From assembly GCA_964652485.1 (NCBI GenBank), contig CAZZDB010000001.1:1898-65897 (forward strand): a stretch of DNA of 64,000 nt. Reading direction: 5' to 3'. The notes below the pieces were generated by a model. That model searched no databases, had not been told where the DNA came from, and saw only the letters and a program-made list of their open reading frames with translations. The first letter of the stretch is position 1; each line of letters opens with the position of its first letter. Position numbers and translations under genes: made by a program. Positions 60,801-64,000 of the stretch are shown piece after piece. Source of the DNA: an uncultured Oleiharenicola sp. (GTDB taxonomy: Bacteria > Verrucomicrobiota > Verrucomicrobiia > Opitutales > Opitutaceae).

Positions 60801-62486
60801 TCATTTGTTCCCGGCGGCGCGTTTCTGCGTGGCCCGTACCTGCGTGAAGATCAGCGATACCGCCAACAGCACGGAGCCGAGGGCGAGGAACGAGACGATC
60901 CGGTAGGTCGGGGCGAGCTGGGTGATGCCGGCCACAATTACGTAGAGCACGGTGAGGAGCAGCGTGAGATGGCCCATCCAGCGGTATTTCGGGTTCCGCA
61001 CGATCAGGTTCATCAGGTAGTAGGCCAGGGCCACGCCGATCCACGCGACGCCGACATAGGCCCCCGGAACCAGATGATAGAGCGCGTAGGGGAACACGAC
61101 AAACGCGCTGGCGAGGTAGGCGTTGCGCATGAGCTCAGTCTTGAGTTCGAGCCGTTCCTTTTTCCAGTTGAGGACACGCGCGCTCAGTAGCGCCACCACA
61201 CCGAAGCCCAGGCTGATGCCCGACTCCTCCTTGGCGACGGCCATGTAAGCCAGCACGATGGAGACATAGATGAAGAAATTAGCCACCACGATCAGCCGCG
61301 ACCGGAACCAGAGTGCCGTCGCCACGACCACCAGGCTCTGACCGGATAGCCAGATGAAGACCTCGGGGGAAGGGAACACCTTCACGATGGCGGCGCTGAG
61401 CGCCAGATAGCCCGTCATGGCGTAGAAGAAGGTCGAGATGCGGCTCGCCTCGCTGCGCCAGAAAGCCACGGCCAGGCCCAGATAGACCAGCGCGGCGGCG
61501 AGGTGCGCGGAGGCGAATTCCGCTGGGGCAATGCGCAGGGATTGCAGCATGAACAGGACATAGCTCGCGCCGCAGTTGAACAACACGGCCAGGATCGTGC
61601 CCGGATCTTCGGCCGTGCGGTCGCGGCGCCGCAACGAACCGGCGGCGAGGATCGCCGCATAGGCCAGCAGAAAGAAAAGCCCGGCGGCGGGTTCCGTCTG
61701 GATCTGGAAGGGACGCCCCGACCACGGCTGGTTAATCGCCCAGAGCAGATGCGTCAAGTAGACGGCGGGAATCACACCAAGCAGCAACCCGGGCCAATTG
61801 TGCCGCACCGCGGCGAAGGCCGCGAGACCGGCAAGCGCGGCCACGGTCAGAAACACGCCGAACGGTGCACCCACGGCGATGGCGCTGATCAGGCCCGTCA
61901 GCACCGCGAGGCCCAGCAACCAGGGGGATTTGCGCCGCAGGGCCAGCACGAGGTTGACCGCCACCACCGTGGCCAGGACGGCGCGGCCGGCGGACGAATC
62001 CACTGCCAGCACCGGCGTCGTGCCAAAATAGAACAGCCGCAGCGTCGAGAAGAACAGCAAGGCCATGCCGGCACCACGCAGGTGGCCTGACACCTGTTCG
62101 AAGTTCCCCCGCCAGATCCAGGCGACCAACAGAAGGCTCGTGGCGAGAAAGAACCCGGCGATGGGCGGCGCGATGGCCGGCAGGCTGGCGAAGGGGAGGG
62201 AGAGGGCGAAACCGACGCCGCAGGTGAGCACGAGCACGCCCACGCCGGCGAACCATTTCTGCCCGACGACAAATTCCAGTTCTTCCTCCGTATCGACGGT
62301 CATCACGGGGGCGAGCAGGTCGGCGGCAGGCGGTTGCACGATGGCGGCGGGCGGCCGGGCCGGAACCGGCGCGGTCTCCAACGGTGGCAGCCGGAGGTGC
62401 TGCTCGAGGCGTGTCAGCCGTTGCTCGAGATGTTGCAGGGCCGCGGCCGGGGCTGGCTCGGGCCGGTTGGTCGGTGTTTCACTCAA
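60801..62486 (-). CDS. DUF2339-like polytopic membrane protein (start uncertain)
   Basis: LEFVVGQKWFAGVGV...; many TM segments; YRIVSFLALGSVLLAVS C-terminus. Confidence 0.75.
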   Translation of the reverse strand: MSETPTNRPEPAPAAALQHLEQRLTRLEQHLRLPPLETAPVPARPPAAIVQPPAADLLAPVMTVDTEEELEFVVGQKWFAGVGVLVLTCGVGFALSLPFASLPAIAPPIAGFFLATSLLLVAWIWRGNFEQVSGHLRGAGMALLFFSTLRLFYFGTTPVLAVDSSAGRAVLATVVAVNLVLALRRKSPWLLGLAVLTGLISAIAVGAPFGVFLTVAALAGLAAFAAVRHNWPGLLLGVIPAVYLTHLLWAINQPWSGRPFQIQTEPAAGLFFLLAYAAILAAGSLRRRDRTAEDPGTILAVLFNCGASYVLFMLQSLRIAPAEFASAHLAAALVYLGLAVAFWRSEASRISTFFYAMTGYLALSAAIVKVFPSPEVFIWLSGQSLVVVATALWFRSRLIVVANFFIYVSIVLAYMAVAKEESGISLGFGVVALLSARVLNWKKERLELKTELMRNAYLASAFVVFPYALYHLVPGAYVGVAWIGVALAYYLMNLIVRNPKYRWMGHLTLLLTVLYVIVAGITQLAPTYRIVSFLALGSVLLAVSLIFTQVRATQKRAAGNK

Positions 62487-62530
62487 GTTATCTGGGGTGG
62501 ACGCGTTGAGGCTGGAAAACGAGAGAGACG

Positions 62531-63025
62531 CTAGCCGCCGCAACTGCAGCCACCGCCGCCATGGGTGTGGCCGGAGCCGGGATCAATGCCGGAGCCGAGT
62601 TCGTCAGCGAGGCCGCAGAGTGCGTGGTAATATTCCTCGCGCGGCAGACCGAGTGCGTAAGAGGCGAACGTCTCGGCATCGTCGGCCGAGGCGAATTCAC
62701 CGTAATTCACCGCGACGAGCTGGTAGAGGGCGAGGTGGGGCACCATCGCCAGCTGTGTCATGTAGACCGGGTGGACGAAAAGCGTGAAGCCCTCCTCGGG
62801 CATGTCGCCCTTGGGCTCCGGGAAGGCGAACTCCCCGGGATTGAGCCGCGCGCTGTCGAACTTGAGCTCGCAGGGATAGCGCACGCAGGTGCGGTCCTTC
62901 AAAATGGCCTGCAGCTGCGGCCAGCCGATCACCGGGCCGTATTTGTCGAAGATCTCGGCGCCCTTCGTGGCGACGTGGGCGTTGAGCGACTTCTTGGCGT
63001 CGTTGGCGGTGAGCGTGGTGGCCAT
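62531..63025 (-). CDS. Hypothetical protein with a His/Cys-rich C-terminal tail
   Basis: Clean 164-aa ORF 22 nt downstream of the NrfD gene; ends HTHGGGGCSCGG. Confidence 0.75.
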   Translation of the reverse strand: MATTLTANDAKKSLNAHVATKGAEIFDKYGPVIGWPQLQAILKDRTCVRYPCELKFDSARLNPGEFAFPEPKGDMPEEGFTLFVHPVYMTQLAMVPHLALYQLVAVNYGEFASADDAETFASYALGLPREEYYHALCGLADELGSGIDPGSGHTHGGGGCSCGG

Positions 63026-63047
63026 GATGCGTGGGGATGGCGGACGG

Positions 63048-64000
63048 TTAGTGCTGGACGGGACTCGGAAGGGATTCGGAGGCGTCGGGCTCGTCGCCCT
63101 GGATCTCGGGCAAGCCCTCGTTGGACTTGTTGAGCCGGCCTTGCAGGATCGGCACCGACATCCGCAGGAAAATGGTGTAGCAGAGCAGGCCGAGTGCCCA
63201 GATGCCGAGGCAGACGAGGGTCTCGTTCAGTGACGGCACGTAGTCGACGATGGCCCCGAGCGGCGTGGGGATGAAGCCGGGGATGACGAGGCCCATGCCC
63301 TTTTCGATCCAGATGCCCACGATGCTGAGCCCGCACGCGGCATTGAGAAACTTCAGGCCGCGGCTGACCGGCAGCACGAGGATGGTCATCGCAATCAGAT
63401 TGAAACCGATGGCCGTCCAGATCCATGGCACCAAGGCGTGATGGCCGTGCAGACCGACGAAGAGATACTTGGCGGAGGCGCCGTGGGTCGTGCCGGAGTA
63501 GAATTCCTTGAACACCTCGCACACGAGCAGGAACACATTGATGATCATCGAAACCTGCACGATGCTCCGCAACGTGAGCAGCGCCTTGTCAGTGATGCGG
63601 TAATGCGTCGTGTGGCGGATGACCTGGAGGGCGAGGATGATGATCGCGGGGCCGGCGGTGAAGGCCGAGGCGAGGAAGCGCGGGCCCACGATTGAGGCGT
63701 TCCAGAACGGCCGGCCGCCGAGGCCCACGTAAAGGAACGCTGTGACGGTATGAATGGAGACGGCCCAAAGGATGGCCGTGAACACAAACGGGATGTAGAA
63801 CCACTTCGCCGGCTTCTTGTCCTGGTATCGGCAGTAAAGGAGGTATCCGCAAATGTGCACGTTGAGCAGCAGGTAGCCGTTGAGCACGATGACATCCCAG
63901 CTGAGCATCGATTTTGGGAAGTTCATCTGGCCGAGGCCGGGGATCAGGTGCCAAAAGCGGTCGGGCCGGCCGAGGTCGACGGTGACAAACGCGAGGCACA
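63048..64000 (-). CDS. NrfD/PsrC-family (DsrP/HmcC-like) membrane subunit, 5' end outside the window
   Basis: VTVDLGRPDRFWH..SMLSWDVIVLNGY, WAVSIHTVTAF, PRFLASAF, GIWIEKG. Confidence 0.9.
   Translation of the reverse strand, partial: CLAFVTVDLGRPDRFWHLIPGLGQMNFPKSMLSWDVIVLNGYLLLNVHICGYLLYCRYQDKKPAKWFYIPFVFTAILWAVSIHTVTAFLYVGLGGRPFWNASIVGPRFLASAFTAGPAIIILALQVIRHTTHYRITDKALLTLRSIVQVSMIINVFLLVCEVFKEFYSGTTHGASAKYLFVGLHGHHALVPWIWTAIGFNLIAMTILVLPVSRGLKFLNAACGLSIVGIWIEKGMGLVIPGFIPTPLGAIVDYVPSLNETLVCLGIWALGLLCYTIFLRMSVPILQGRLNKSNEGLPEIQGDEPDASESLPSPVQH

Overview
High-GC bacterial chromosome window; the gene content suggests Verrucomicrobiota/Opitutaceae (inference, no search run). Layout: (1) 1-2.2 kb housekeeping genes (Man-1-P guanylyltransferase end, ruvX, HAD hydrolase, truA). 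(2) 2.3-29.0 kb, a co-oriented minus-strand block of 17 apparently secreted hemicellulose side-chain enzymes (GH27, 3x GH43, GH2, 2x GH51, GH3, about 10 esterase domains) with no transporter, regulator or endoxylanase. (3) comF split by a ~3.26 kb integrase-less insert carrying a decayed response regulator, a hairpin-rich spacer, a DUF2235/Tle1-like hydrolase and a secreted DNA/RNA non-specific nuclease. (4) accD-folC, nucleotide-sugar genes, small genes with integron attC-like relics, pyrRBC, SRAP, a hybrid kinase, tRNA-Val(GAC), TetR-EmrBA and recN. (5) 54.7-60.1 kb, a putative extracellular electron transfer operon: 8-heme MtrA/DmsE-like lipoprotein, frameshifted MtrB/PioB-like porin, two tandem monoheme cytochromes and an ImcH-like 7-heme membrane cytochrome. 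It faces the end of an NrfD/DsrP-type operon. All calls rest on motifs read by eye.
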